Of a stretch of 51,093 bases of DNA, positions 9,977 to 19,328 are shown one piece after another. How positions within the stretch are numbered: position 1 is the first letter of the stretch; each line of letters starts with the position of its first letter. Position numbers and translations under genes: made by a program. A model generated the notes under the pieces. The model was not told the DNA's origin and made no database searches. It saw only the letters and a list, made by a program, of their open reading frames with translations. The DNA is from Elusimicrobiota bacterium. Lineage in GTDB: Bacteria > Elusimicrobiota > Elusimicrobia > Elusimicrobiales > UBA9959. The DNA lies in contig JAUSCK010000042.1 in assembly GCA_030651035.1 (NCBI GenBank), positions 1 through 51,093 on the forward strand, given 5' to 3'.

Positions 9977-11311
9977 ATGATGTCCGACGAACGTCTGCTG
10001 GATTTTTGCCGCGCGCTTTCCGCCGCCGTGCGCAGCGGCCTGCCCCTCAGCGACGCCTTCCAGACCCTGTCGAAGTCGCGGGCGCACGGCAAACTTATCG
10101 CCGGCGCTGCGAAGCTGACGTCCGGCGGCACCGAGCTTTACAAGGCTCTTAACGCCCAGGGGATCTTCCCGCCGGTCTTCATCGCCCTTATCCGGGCCGG
10201 CGAGGAAGGCGGCAAAGTCGACGAGTTCCTGGACCTGTACGCCGGCTGCCTCGAGGTGCGCGTCGAATTCCGGCGGCGGATCGGCCGCGCGCTTATTTAT
10301 CCCGTTTTCGTCCTCGTCCTGACCGGGGCGCTCTTCCTGGCAGCCTCGCTCAAGGTCGTCCCGATGATCCTGGAGCCCCTTCTCAGCGCCGGAATTAAAG
10401 TTCCGCCCCCGGCCCCCTGGCTCAGCCTCCTCGTCGGAACTTTGGAGCGGCACTGGCCGCTGATCCTCGCCTTTGTTTTCATCTCGGGGCTGGCGCTGAG
10501 GGCGTTCCTGCGCTCGGGACCGGGACGCAAGCTGCGGGCCATCGCCGAATATTGTATCCCGGGGCTCAGGTACGCGACCGAGCATGCCAGGTTCTACCAC
10601 ACCTATACGATCCTGTCCCTCCTGCTCAAGGCCGGGCTTCCGCTCAGCGCGATGATGGACGTCCTGCTGCAGTTCTCGCAGGACGATCCCATAGCCCACC
10701 GCCGTTTCACGCGCGCGTCGACCATGTCGGCCTGCGGGATCGGGTTTTCCGCGAGTTTCGACGGCTGTATTCCCGAAGAGGACAAGTGCGCCCTGGAGAT
10801 CGCAGAAAAGGCGGGAAGGATAGAGGAAACGCTGCTGCGGCTCGGCAAGACCCACTATGACAGGCATCTGCACCGCCTGAAAGTGCTGTCGACCGCCTGC
10901 ACGATATTGGCGACGGTCGCCTTGGCGCCGCTGTGTTTCGGGCTGATCCTGACTTTGATCCGCCCCGTATTCTCTTCCCTGGGCGGCATGAAAGATCTTT
11001 TTCCCGGCGGCGGTTCCTCCGGCCCGGCCTCGCCGGGCGGAACGCCGGCTCCCGGCCGCGCGCAGCGGACCTCGCCGGGGTTCAAAGCGGTCGACGACGC
11101 CGAGGCGGCGCTGTTCAACAAAACGCACGGCAAGGAAATACTGGAGTACATGAAAACCCATGCTCCGAAGACCCGGAAAAAAAAGGAGCCGGGCCAGCAG
11201 ACCGAAAGGCCCGAAATGCCGAGATTAGGCCCGAGGCCAGCCATGAACAAGGTCCAGTTTCAGAGCATAACACCAACATCCATTCAGCCCACAGATACCT
11301 CCAGGCACTAG
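9977..11311 (+). CDS. type II secretion system F / PilC family inner-membrane protein with low-complexity C-terminal tail
   Basis: SGLPL..A, FPP....I.AGEEGG, ALIYP; second repeat AGLPL...AEKAG. Confidence 0.8.
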   Translation: MMSDERLLDFCRALSAAVRSGLPLSDAFQTLSKSRAHGKLIAGAAKLTSGGTELYKALNAQGIFPPVFIALIRAGEEGGKVDEFLDLYAGCLEVRVEFRRRIGRALIYPVFVLVLTGALFLAASLKVVPMILEPLLSAGIKVPPPAPWLSLLVGTLERHWPLILAFVFISGLALRAFLRSGPGRKLRAIAEYCIPGLRYATEHARFYHTYTILSLLLKAGLPLSAMMDVLLQFSQDDPIAHRRFTRASTMSACGIGFSASFDGCIPEEDKCALEIAEKAGRIEETLLRLGKTHYDRHLHRLKVLSTACTILATVALAPLCFGLILTLIRPVFSSLGGMKDLFPGGGSSGPASPGGTPAPGRAQRTSPGFKAVDDAEAALFNKTHGKEILEYMKTHAPKTRKKKEPGQQTERPEMPRLGPRPAMNKVQFQSITPTSIQPTDTSRH

Positions 11312-11363
11312 GATCCGCGAAGAATAGCCGCCTCAGGAGTTACTACAGTCCGGAGTCATAAGA

Positions 11364-12926
11364 TTGAAAGTTTATAACGGCACGATCATCTCGTGCGACC
11401 GCGAGAACAATATCCACAAATACCTTGTAGAGGACAAGGGACGGATCCTTTACGCCGGGGCGGAGCTTCCGGCGGCGTACCAGGGCGCGCCGAAGAAGGC
11501 GCTCGGCGCCAAGGCGCTGCTCCCCTGCTTCGGCGACACCCACCTGCACTTCGCCTCCTATGCCCTCTTTAACGCCGGGCTGGACGTACGGTCCGCGCGC
11601 AGCCTGCCGGAGATGTGCGCGCAGATAGCGGAATTCGCGCGCGGCGGCCCGGGCGGGATCCTGATGGGTTTCGGCGCGTCGCCGCACTCCGTAGAGGAGC
11701 GCCGGCTGGTCACAAGGGACGAGCTGGACCTCGCCTGTCCGGAGAGGCCGCTGTTCCTGATAAAGTACGACGGGCACGCCTGCATCCTCAACAGCAGGAT
11801 GATCGCCCTGCTGCCGGAGAAAGTGAAAACCCTCAGGGGCTTTCACCCGGACACCGGGGAGATGAACCAGGAAGCCTTTTTCGCCGTCACTGATCTTGTC
11901 ACCAGGAAGATCTCCCTTCTGCGGACCCTCCGGAACATGCTCTGCGCCGTGGAAGGGATGGCGCTGAAAGGGATAGGGATGATGCATACCGCGTCCGGAG
12001 TGGGTTTTCCCTTCGACCTGGACGTAACCCTCGAGACGCTCCTGGGCAGGGGGCTCGACTGCGGCTTCCAGACCAGGCTCTTCTTTCAGACCATGGACCT
12101 GGAGAAGGTCAGGAGGCGAAAGCTTCCCCGGGTGGGCGGCTGTTTTGCGACGGCCCTGGACGGCTGCTTCGGCAGCCGGGACGCGGCGCTGCTGCAGCCC
12201 TATGCCGATGATCCCGGCAACAAAGGAGTTCTGTACTACAGCGACGAAGAGGTGGTGAAATTCACGAAAGAGGCGAACCGCGGGGGGCTTCAGATCGAGA
12301 TGCACGCCATCGGCGACGCGGCCTTCGACCAGGCTGTCATGGCCCTGGAGGCGGCCCTGAAGGACTGCCCCAGGGCGGACCACCGCCACGGCATCATCCA
12401 CGCCTGCCTGCCATCCGAGGAGGGGCTTAAAAAATGCGCCGAGCTCGGCATCCATATCCCGCTTCAGCCCTCCTTCCTGGCGTGGGACCTTGAGCCCCTT
12501 CATTTCCTCCGCGGCATCCTGGGCGGGCGGGCCGACAAGCTTTCCCCGTTGAGAAAGATGACGGACCTGGGGATCATGCTGAGCGGCAGCTCCGACGCCC
12601 CCTGCACCCCGCCGGACCCGATAGCGGGCATCCATGCCGCCTGCAACCATTATGTTCCCGGGCAGTCGCTCACCGTAGCCGAGGCCCTGAAGCTGTTCAC
12701 CTATAACGCGGCCTGGACCACCTTCGACGAAAAGGAGCGCGGCAGCCTCGAGGCGGGGAAGACGGCCGACATGGTGATCCTGAACCGTGATCCGCTGGCC
12801 ATGAAGCCGTGCGAGCTTCTGGAGCTGAAGGTTGAGAAGCTTTTCCTGAAAGGGGAGCCGTATAAAAAAGGCCAGGGGATCCCGGGCCTCCTCGCAAAAG
12901 CCCTTCTGTCCGGCGGAAAGATATAA
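11364..12926 (+). CDS. amidohydrolase, YtcJ-like (Amidohydro_3)
   Basis: PCFGDTHLH, GHACILNS, HAIGDAA, IIHA, SSDAP, GSLEAGKTADMVIL; TTG start. Confidence 0.88.
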   Translation: MKVYNGTIISCDRENNIHKYLVEDKGRILYAGAELPAAYQGAPKKALGAKALLPCFGDTHLHFASYALFNAGLDVRSARSLPEMCAQIAEFARGGPGGILMGFGASPHSVEERRLVTRDELDLACPERPLFLIKYDGHACILNSRMIALLPEKVKTLRGFHPDTGEMNQEAFFAVTDLVTRKISLLRTLRNMLCAVEGMALKGIGMMHTASGVGFPFDLDVTLETLLGRGLDCGFQTRLFFQTMDLEKVRRRKLPRVGGCFATALDGCFGSRDAALLQPYADDPGNKGVLYYSDEEVVKFTKEANRGGLQIEMHAIGDAAFDQAVMALEAALKDCPRADHRHGIIHACLPSEEGLKKCAELGIHIPLQPSFLAWDLEPLHFLRGILGGRADKLSPLRKMTDLGIMLSGSSDAPCTPPDPIAGIHAACNHYVPGQSLTVAEALKLFTYNAAWTTFDEKERGSLEAGKTADMVILNRDPLAMKPCELLELKVEKLFLKGEPYKKGQGIPGLLAKALLSGGKI

Positions 12927-12935
12927 AAACTGATC

Positions 12936-13040
12936 TCACCGCGGAGGCGCAGAGGTCGCGGAGGACGGAGGGAGAAGAATATATAGAAGCTCTGCTCTCT
13001 GCGTACGCTGTTCTCTGCGACCTCTGCGCCTCAGCGGTGA
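12936..13040. repeat. REP-like long palindrome of GCGCAGAG/CTCTGCG units with ~9-nt period
   Basis: TCACCGCGGAGGCGCAGAGGTCGCGGAG ... CTCTGCGACCTCTGCGCCTCAGCGGTGA, intergenic. Confidence 0.8.
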
Positions 13041-13076
13041 ATGCAGAAAAATATAGTTATAGAACGGGGAAAGATC

Positions 13077-13661
13077 ATGGCAATTAAATCCGAAAAACAG
13101 GCGCGCGCAGAAAAGAAGCCGCCGGTAAAAATCAAAGTTAACGGCCGATGGCATGAGTTCGAGCCGGGCCGCGACATAGAGCCGGAGATGACCCTTTCCT
13201 ACCTGCTGCGTGAAAAGCTCGGCTATACCGGCCTTAAAGTCGCCTGCGACGAGGGCGCCTGCGGCGCCTGCACGGTGCTTATGGACGGCAAGGCTGTCCT
13301 GTCCTGCATGAAGCTGGCCGTAGAGGCGCACGGGCACGAGGTCCTCACCATCGAAGGCCTCCCCGAAGACGACCCGGTTATCCAGGCTTTCGCGAAGCAG
13401 TGCGAGCCCGGCTACGGCACGGCCCTGCAGTGCGGGTTCTGCACGCCCGGTTTTGTGATGGCGGCAAAAGGCCTGCTCAATGAAAACCCCAGGCCGACGA
13501 CGGGAGAGATCAAAGAGGGCCTTTCGGGGAACATCTGCCGCTGCGGCTGCTATTCCGGCATCGCCCGGGCGGTGCTGCACGCCTCGCACTTTTCCCCGTG
13601 CCCGGGTCAAAGTGCGAGGCAAGCCTCGCGGGAATCAGCGCAGAAGGGAGGCAAACAATGA
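13077..13661 (+). CDS. (2Fe-2S)-binding small subunit of xanthine dehydrogenase-family enzyme (CoxS-like)
   Basis: KVACDEGACGACTV, SC, QCGFCTPG, GNICRCG. Confidence 0.93.
   Translation: MAIKSEKQARAEKKPPVKIKVNGRWHEFEPGRDIEPEMTLSYLLREKLGYTGLKVACDEGACGACTVLMDGKAVLSCMKLAVEAHGHEVLTIEGLPEDDPVIQAFAKQCEPGYGTALQCGFCTPGFVMAAKGLLNENPRPTTGEIKEGLSGNICRCGCYSGIARAVLHASHFSPCPGQSARQASRESAQKGGKQ
13581..13620. repeat. intragenic palindromic element, copy B (reverse orientation, C-terminus of 2Fe-2S subunit)
   Basis: GCCTCGCACTTTTCCCCGTGCCCGGGTCAAAGTGCGAGGC; compensatory T-A pair in the stem. Confidence 0.8.
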
Positions 13662-16024
13662 CCCCGCCCCGCCCTTACACGCCCCGCGTGGCCCGCAAAT
13701 TCATCGGGACTTACCGCCCCCGCATCGACGCCCTGGAGAAGGCCGCCGGCAAGGTGCAGTTCGTGGACGACATAACGCTTAAGAGCCGCTTCCCGGGCAT
13801 GCTTTACGCCAGGGTGATGCGCAGCCCGTACGCCCACGCGCGCATAAAAAGCATAGACGCGAGCCTTGCCGAACGGCTCCCGGGAGTAAAAGCGGTGCTC
13901 ACCTGCAAAGACCCCGAAGTGTCCTCGCTGAAGCCCACCAGCGCCGGCTGGACCGACGGCGTGGATACGGTTTCCTACGAGCGCATGATGTGGCGGCACT
14001 ACCGCGACAGGCGGGTGCTGGGCGACCACGCCTGCTGGGCCACCGACGAGGTCGGCGCGGTGGTGGCGGCCGAAAGCGAACAGCTAGCCGAGGATGCGCT
14101 CAGCCTTATAAAGGTTGAATGGGAAGTCCTCCCTTTCGTGCTTGACCCCATCGCGGCGATGGGTCCGGGCGCGCCGGTCATCCATCCCGGGATCGCCCCG
14201 CGCAATATCCTGCCCAAAGACACCGTCGGAGGAAAGGACGTGTTCGTGGACAAGGGGGACGCGGACAAAGGCTTTGCGGAGGCCGAGGTAGTGATCGAAG
14301 CGACGTCGGTGCACCACAACGCCACGCAGGCTTCTCTGGACAACTGGTGCTGCCTGGTGGACTGGAAGCGCGACAAGCTCACGGTGCTGTCCAATTCCTA
14401 CGAAGCGGACCAGACCAGGATGCATATCAGCCAGATGCTCAACCTCCCTATCAACAAAGTCCGCGTCATCAGCTCCTATGTCGGCGGGCAGTTCGGGCGC
14501 GGGGATACCGGCGACCAGCCGTTCTTCCTTTTCACCGCGCTGCTTTCAAAAAAGACCGGCCGGCCCGTCAAATTCAGGCACAGCCGCCGGGAAAGCTTCC
14601 ACGACTCCCGCCAGCCGGCCATCTACACCGGCAAAGTGGGCGCAAAAAAGGACGGAACCATCACGTCCATGTATTTCAAATCAATCGGGAATTCCGGGGC
14701 TTACGCCGACCACACCATGTTCGCCCTTAAGTTCGCCCCCACCGAGATCACCGAGGTGGCCCTCGCCCACATCCCGAACGTCAGGATGGAGTCCTACGGC
14801 GTTTATACCAACAAGCTCCCCGCCTGCATGATGCGCGGCGTGGGGAACTCGCAGTTCAACCTCATCTTCGGCCACGTCGTGGACATGCTGGCCGAGAAGC
14901 TCGGCCTGGATCCCATAGACCTGGCGCTGAAGAACTTCGGGCACGAGTGGGGCGGCCTGCCGGACCGTAGCCTGACCGCGGTGCTGCGCGAGGGGGAGAA
15001 AAGGATCGGCTGGCGGGCGAAGCGCCACAAGCCGGGCGCCGGCCCGGTCTTTGACCGGGTCATGAAGCGCGGCGTGGGCTTCTCTTTCCATCCCGCCTGG
15101 CACGCCGAGTGGCAGGAAGCGCGCCGCGGCGAGATCCGCGTCAGGATAACGGTGAACCCGGACTGCAGCGTGGTGCTGGACGCGCCCACGGTGGAGACCG
15201 GCACGGGCTCCAACACCTGCAATGTGCTGGGCTGCGCCGAGGCGCTGGGCTTCCTCGGCATCGGCCCCGGCGATATCGTCTGGCCGCACACGGTCGACAC
15301 TGAAACCAGCCTGAAGGATTGCGTGCAGACCGACAGCGCCGTTTCCTACCTGCAGTCCGAGGTGGTCGCCCGCGCCGCCCTGGTAGTGAAGCAGCGGCTT
15401 CTGGAAAAAGCGGCCGGCTTTCTGAAGGCCAGGCCCGAGGACCTGGACATCGCCGACGGGCGCGTTTACCGCAAGGCGGCCCGCGCCAAAGGCATTACGG
15501 TCAGGGATGTTTTCCGGCTGGGGGACATGCTCCCGGTGGTGGTGGAGATGGGCAGGCCGCCCAACGCCGAGAAGACCGGGGTTCCCTATATCGCCAATTT
15601 CGCCGAGGTGGAAGTGGATACCAGTACGGGCCGGGTGCAGGTGCTGAAGCTGGTGGTCCTCAACGACTGCGGGACCGTGATGTACGCCTCCGGCGCGGAA
15701 GCCCAGCAGATAGGCGGGCAGGTGATGGGCCTGGGCGAGGCCCTGACCGAAGAGATCATTTACGACGAGGCCACGGGCGTGCCGCTCAACTTCAACTGGA
15801 TAGATTACAAGATAGCGACCATGGCGGACATGCCCGAGATCGACCCCGCGCTGCTGGAAGTCTGGAGAGGCGCCGGGGAATACGGCGCGTGCGGCATAGG
15901 CGAGGGGACGCTTACCTGCACCCCGCGCGCGGTGCTGAACGCCGTTTACAACGCTATCGGCGTGCGGATCGACGACATCCCGGTCAAGCCGGAAAAAGTT
16001 TTGAAAGCGCTGGGGAAGGCGTAA
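13658..16024 (+). CDS. xanthine dehydrogenase-family molybdopterin-binding large subunit
   Basis: RSPYAHARI, VGGQFG, MRGVG, AEVEVD.STG, DYKI, GIGE; ATGA overlap with small subunit; GGAGG RBS. Confidence 0.9.
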   Translation: MTPPRPYTPRVARKFIGTYRPRIDALEKAAGKVQFVDDITLKSRFPGMLYARVMRSPYAHARIKSIDASLAERLPGVKAVLTCKDPEVSSLKPTSAGWTDGVDTVSYERMMWRHYRDRRVLGDHACWATDEVGAVVAAESEQLAEDALSLIKVEWEVLPFVLDPIAAMGPGAPVIHPGIAPRNILPKDTVGGKDVFVDKGDADKGFAEAEVVIEATSVHHNATQASLDNWCCLVDWKRDKLTVLSNSYEADQTRMHISQMLNLPINKVRVISSYVGGQFGRGDTGDQPFFLFTALLSKKTGRPVKFRHSRRESFHDSRQPAIYTGKVGAKKDGTITSMYFKSIGNSGAYADHTMFALKFAPTEITEVALAHIPNVRMESYGVYTNKLPACMMRGVGNSQFNLIFGHVVDMLAEKLGLDPIDLALKNFGHEWGGLPDRSLTAVLREGEKRIGWRAKRHKPGAGPVFDRVMKRGVGFSFHPAWHAEWQEARRGEIRVRITVNPDCSVVLDAPTVETGTGSNTCNVLGCAEALGFLGIGPGDIVWPHTVDTETSLKDCVQTDSAVSYLQSEVVARAALVVKQRLLEKAAGFLKARPEDLDIADGRVYRKAARAKGITVRDVFRLGDMLPVVVEMGRPPNAEKTGVPYIANFAEVEVDTSTGRVQVLKLVVLNDCGTVMYASGAEAQQIGGQVMGLGEALTEEIIYDEATGVPLNFNWIDYKIATMADMPEIDPALLEVWRGAGEYGACGIGEGTLTCTPRAVLNAVYNAIGVRIDDIPVKPEKVLKALGKA

Positions 16025-16027
16025 ACT

Positions 16028-18391
16028 ATGGCGATGAAAAAATTCAATCATCTTCAGGCTAAGTCGCTTAAAGAAGCGGCCGCACTTATCTCCGGGGCAG
16101 GCCCCGCACTTTGGCCCGGGCACGGGAAAAAGTGCGGGGCGAGCCGGACCCTCGCGATCGCCGGCGGCACCGACGCGCTGGGCGCCCTCAAGGACAAGAT
16201 CCACAGGGAAAGCCCGGCGCTGGTAGTGGACCTTAAGACGATCCCCGGCCTGAACTATATCTCCGAGGACAAAGCCGGGCTGCGCATCGGCGCGCTGACC
16301 CCGCTGAACGAAATAGCCGCGCACAAGACGGTCAGCGGGAAATACAAGCTCCTCGCCGAGGCGGCGCGCAGCGTCGCTTCCCCGCAGCTCAGGAACATGG
16401 CCACCATAGCCGGGAATCTCTGCCAGGAACCCAGGTGCTGGTACTACCGCACCCCCGACGACCAGTTCCATTGCCTGAGAAAAGGCGGCACGCATTGCGG
16501 CGCGCTCCTGGGCGAGAACCGCTACCACTCTATATTCGGAGGCGCGCGGGTGGCCGCGCCTGCCTGCACGGACGCCTGCCCCGGCAACGTAGAGATAGCG
16601 GATTATCTTTCCCTGGTAAGGGAAGGGAATTTAAGCGCCGCCGCGGAGATTATCCTCAGGAACAACCCGCTCCCGGCCCTGACCGGCCGCGTCTGCCCGC
16701 ATCTCTGTGAAGGGAAATGCAACCGCGCCGCGTTCGACGAAGCGGTCTCTATCCGCGCCATGGAGCGGTCCCTCGGGAATAATATCCTTGAACACGCCGC
16801 TGAATTTATGAAGCCGCCCGCTAAACGGACGAAGAAAAAGATCGCTGTGGTCGGCTCCGGCCCGGCCGGGCTGGCGGCGGCTTATTACCTGAGACTGGCC
16901 GGGCACCAGGTGACGGTGTTCGACAGGCTGCCCCGCGCGGGCGGGATGCTGGCCTACGCCATCCCGGCGTACCGGCTCCCCAGGAACCTGGTCCGCGCCC
17001 AGGTAGCGGCGCTGGAGGCGATGGGAATAACCTTTAAACTCAATACAGAAATAGGCCCCAAGGGCATCTCCCTGCGCGCCCTGCGCAGGGATTTTGACGG
17101 CGTGTTCCTGGCGACCGGGGCCTGGGCGCAGAAAAACCTGCGGCTCGGGAGATCGGAACTGCTCACCTCCGGCATGGCCTTCCTGACGGGCAGCAAGCCC
17201 GTCGTGGGCAGGAATGTTTTAGTGATCGGCGGCGGCAATGTGGCGGTGGACGTGGCGGTGAGCGCCCGGCGCGCGGGCGCCCGGAGCGTGACGATGGCCT
17301 GCCTGGAGGCCCGGGACGGGATGCCGGCCTTCCCGGCGGAGATCGCTGAGGCCGTGAAAGAAGGCGTGCGCATTCTTCCCGGGTGGGGGCCGCAGCGGAT
17401 CCTTGAAGCGGGGGGGAAAGTGAAGGGGATGGAGTTTGTCCGGTGTTCTTCGGTTTTTGACGGACAGGGTAATTTTAATCCCAACTTCGACGCTGGTCAG
17501 AATAAGGTGGTCAAAGCCGACCAGGTCATCCTGGCAATCGGCCAGGCCGCCGAGCTCGGCTACGCCGCGGGCGTCAAGACGCTGCGGGGTCTGCTCATCG
17601 CGGATGAAGCGACGCAGGCCACCAGCCTGGCCGGCGTGTTCGCGGGCGGGGACGCGGTAAGCGGCCCGGCATCGGTTATTCACGCCATCGCCGCCGGGCG
17701 CAGGGCCGCGCGGGCGATGGAGATTTATCTGAAAGGCGGGAAAAAGCGGCCTGAAAAGAGCGCGCATGCCGCTGTAAGCCCCCTGCTGGCGCTGAACGCC
17801 GATTGCGGCGCGCACAGCTCGCGGACCGGGCACTCCGAAAGCAAGGGGTTAACCCCTGACGGGCTGAGCGCGGAAGCCAGGCGCTGCATCGACTGCAGCT
17901 GTGTCGCGGTAAACGCTTCGGACCTGGCGCCGGCGCTGGCGGCCCTCGGCGCGAGGATAAAAACGACCAGACGGACCATTGCGGCCGAAGATTTCTTTAC
18001 CGCCGGCGTGCTGAAGTCCACCGTGCTGGACCATGACGAGCTGGTGGAGGAGATACTGGTGCCGGCGCCGCGGCCGGGCAGCGTCCAAGGCTACCACAAG
18101 TTCAGGATACGGAACTCCATAGACTTCCCTATTGCCGGCCTGGCCGGCGTTTTCAGCACCGCGGGGGGGAAGATCAGGGACGCCAGGCTGGTGCTGAGCG
18201 CCGTGGCCCCCGTCCCGCTCAGGCTGAAAGCCGTTGAGGAGTTCCTGGAAGGGAAACCGGCCGGGGAGAAAACGGCTGCCGCTGCCGGGGAACTTGCCGC
18301 AAAAGAAGTCCGGCCGCTGGCTAAGAACCGCTTTAAGGTCCAGATCGTAAAAGCCCTGCTCCAAAAAGCGATCATGTCCTCGGCCGGATAA
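16028..18391 (+). CDS. FAD-binding medium subunit (PaoB/HcrB-like) with inserted GltD-like Fe-S/NAD(P)-FAD module
   Basis: AGGTD, ASPQLRNMATIAGNLCQ.PRC.YYR; then C...CP, GRVCPHLCE..C, GSGPAG, GGGNVA, AGGDA; then C.AVNASDLAPAL and CO_deh_flav_C-like tail. Confidence 0.88.
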   Translation: MAMKKFNHLQAKSLKEAAALISGAGPALWPGHGKKCGASRTLAIAGGTDALGALKDKIHRESPALVVDLKTIPGLNYISEDKAGLRIGALTPLNEIAAHKTVSGKYKLLAEAARSVASPQLRNMATIAGNLCQEPRCWYYRTPDDQFHCLRKGGTHCGALLGENRYHSIFGGARVAAPACTDACPGNVEIADYLSLVREGNLSAAAEIILRNNPLPALTGRVCPHLCEGKCNRAAFDEAVSIRAMERSLGNNILEHAAEFMKPPAKRTKKKIAVVGSGPAGLAAAYYLRLAGHQVTVFDRLPRAGGMLAYAIPAYRLPRNLVRAQVAALEAMGITFKLNTEIGPKGISLRALRRDFDGVFLATGAWAQKNLRLGRSELLTSGMAFLTGSKPVVGRNVLVIGGGNVAVDVAVSARRAGARSVTMACLEARDGMPAFPAEIAEAVKEGVRILPGWGPQRILEAGGKVKGMEFVRCSSVFDGQGNFNPNFDAGQNKVVKADQVILAIGQAAELGYAAGVKTLRGLLIADEATQATSLAGVFAGGDAVSGPASVIHAIAAGRRAARAMEIYLKGGKKRPEKSAHAAVSPLLALNADCGAHSSRTGHSESKGLTPDGLSAEARRCIDCSCVAVNASDLAPALAALGARIKTTRRTIAAEDFFTAGVLKSTVLDHDELVEEILVPAPRPGSVQGYHKFRIRNSIDFPIAGLAGVFSTAGGKIRDARLVLSAVAPVPLRLKAVEEFLEGKPAGEKTAAAAGELAAKEVRPLAKNRFKVQIVKALLQKAIMSSAG
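16101..16140. repeat. intragenic palindromic element, copy C (N-terminal region of FAD subunit)
   Basis: GCCCCGCACTTTGGCCCGGGCACGGGAAAAAGTGCGGGGC; translated as GPALWPGHGKKCGA. Confidence 0.85.
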
Positions 18392-18485
18392 AGTAAAACA
18401 GGCGGGAAACTACTTCCCGCAGCCCCCGTAAAACCGGACAATAACCTATAACTCATTTATATGTCATGGCCTTGTCTTATGCTTT

Positions 18486-18525
18486 TTGTATGTAGCTATA
18501 CAATGTTTTGTATATATTGATACAA
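18486..18525. promoter_or_regulatory. tandem palindromic operator boxes TTGTAT-N6-ATACAA (x2)
   Basis: TTGTATGTAGCTATACAA at 18486-18503 and TTGTATATATTGATACAA at 18508-18525, just upstream of the next gene. Confidence 0.65.
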
Positions 18526-18550
18526 TTTGATAAACTTACAAAAGAATCAT

Positions 18551-19207
18551 ATGACATATAACGAACTTGCCGCTAAAACTGCGGAGCTCGGCTTCCAACC
18601 TGCTGAGCCCGGCCCCCGGAACGATGCCAGCAAAACCCTGGCGGAGGTCGTTCAAAGCCATGATCAGCGCTTTTGGGAGGCTTTCCCCGCTATGCTGGCA
18701 AACGCGGCGGAGGCGGGGGAATTCGACCTTGACGCCGCAAACGCCTGTTTAGAGGAAAATGAGAGAAAGTTCCTCAAACTGCTGATCATTGTCTCCCTGG
18801 GGCTGTATGAAAGCCTGGGGATGAGGTTTGCCTGGGCAGAAAAGCTTTCCGGGGACCTTCCGGCCAGGTTGATAGAGAATTTCAGGGAGAAATTCAGATC
18901 GGACGCGGAGCTGGAGCTGGGGCAAGTGCGCATGCTGCCGGGAAAAGTCAGCGGGAATTTCCTCAAGTGCTTCAGGAAAAGAAGCGGCTCGGCCAGGAGC
19001 GCGGCCGAAGCCAGCGGGAAGCTGGACCTGGAGCTCGCCGTCTCCCGGATATTCACACCCAGGCAAAAAGAGCTTTTCCTCAAAAAGCTGCGCCGCAAGA
19101 AAATGACCAAGACGGAGAAAGAGTACTTCTCCCGCGTGATAAAGAAAAAAGCGCAGGCCCTCGCGAACGAAGACCTGCACCGCCTGGCCCGGAAAGTCCT
19201 GGAGTAA
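18551..19207 (+). CDS. hypothetical protein with basic, possibly DNA-binding C-terminus
   Basis: long ORF with host-like codon usage; C-terminus FTPRQKELFLKKLRRKKMTKTEKEYFSRVIKKK. Confidence 0.7.
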   Translation: MTYNELAAKTAELGFQPAEPGPRNDASKTLAEVVQSHDQRFWEAFPAMLANAAEAGEFDLDAANACLEENERKFLKLLIIVSLGLYESLGMRFAWAEKLSGDLPARLIENFREKFRSDAELELGQVRMLPGKVSGNFLKCFRKRSGSARSAAEASGKLDLELAVSRIFTPRQKELFLKKLRRKKMTKTEKEYFSRVIKKKAQALANEDLHRLARKVLE

Positions 19208-19283
19208 ATATTTCCCTATATATATAAGGAAGTCCCTGGCCCTGCGGAAACCGCGCAGAGGATTCCGGCACATCCGGCCATAT

Positions 19284-19314
19284 AAAAGCCCCGGGGAGGT
19301 CATCCCCGGGGCTT
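19284..19314 (-). terminator. intrinsic terminator between convergent genes
   Basis: AAGCCCCGGGGA-GGTCA-TCCCCGGGGCTT stem, T run on minus strand. Confidence 0.75.
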
Positions 19315-19328
19315 ATAACGCCTAAGGC

